Assembly: GCA_965153285.1 (NCBI GenBank) | Contig: OZ229112.1 | DNA length: 64,000 nucleotides | Source of the DNA: Podarcis tiliguerta | Taxonomy: Eukaryota | Strand: one strand, 5' to 3' | Shown: in pieces, positions 63,731 through 64,000 of the stretch | How positions within the stretch are numbered: position 1 is the stretch's first letter | How the letters are laid out: every line of letters starts with the position of its first letter | Notes under the pieces: model-generated | Told to the model about the DNA's origin: nothing | Databases searched by the model: none | The model's input: the letters and a program-made list of their open reading frames with translations, nothing else | Position numbers and translations under genes: made by a program

Positions 63731-63916
63731 TCTTCTTCTTTGGCGATCACTCGTAGCTGAGTAAGATTGTCTTCCATGAATATGGTGTTAACAGTGTGTC
63801 CGTAAGTGACTGTGGAGGCCAGTTCTGGATCCGCACATCCATTCACAGTGGGGACATAGGTTTCTGGGTGGGAGTTGATCATGTTGAGGATTTGCCAAAC
63901 ATGCCTTGCTCTTAGC
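63731..63916 (-). mobile_element. RTE-clade LINE 3' end, same family as 51228-51606
   Basis: Reverse complement matches 51420-51606; (GAA)n tail. Confidence 0.8.
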
Positions 63917-64000
63917 TTATAGGTCTCTGAAAGTCTTTGTGGGCTATGCAAGTCTCTGAAATAAGCAATGGGTCAGATTCTTATCTGGTGTCCAACGCTG

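Overview
AT-rich vertebrate genomic DNA from a squamate reptile, probably a lacertid lizard (inferred from Sauria/Squam1, Squam2 and Squam3 SINEs). The window covers the conserved ERO1B-GPR137B-NID1 neighbourhood. ERO1B coding exons 2-16 lie on + (1762-18608; exon 1 is upstream of the window). The complete 7-exon GPR137B CDS lies on - (47332-24440, 384 aa). NID1 exon 1 lies on + (60541-60747) in a CpG island. Exons were read by hand and join in frame with consistent splice phases. Introns and the intergenic gap are full of TE relics (SINEs, CR1, L2, RTE, L1-like, Penelope, Tc1/mariner and hAT MITEs, solo-LTR-like elements). Most six-frame ORFs are noise. I see no new protein-coding system. The best second-look items are: a Squam3-head/Sauria-SINE chimera inside a single 14-bp TSD; a near-perfect 62-bp-arm palindrome beside ERO1B exon 10; a weak GC donor in GPR137B shadowed by a strong GT donor that would add a premature stop; facing poly(A) signals between the convergent genes; a 43-bp minisatellite that seems amplified from a transposon end; and a MITE built from alternating hairpins. 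Gene and TE family names come from recalled sequence features, not from database searches.
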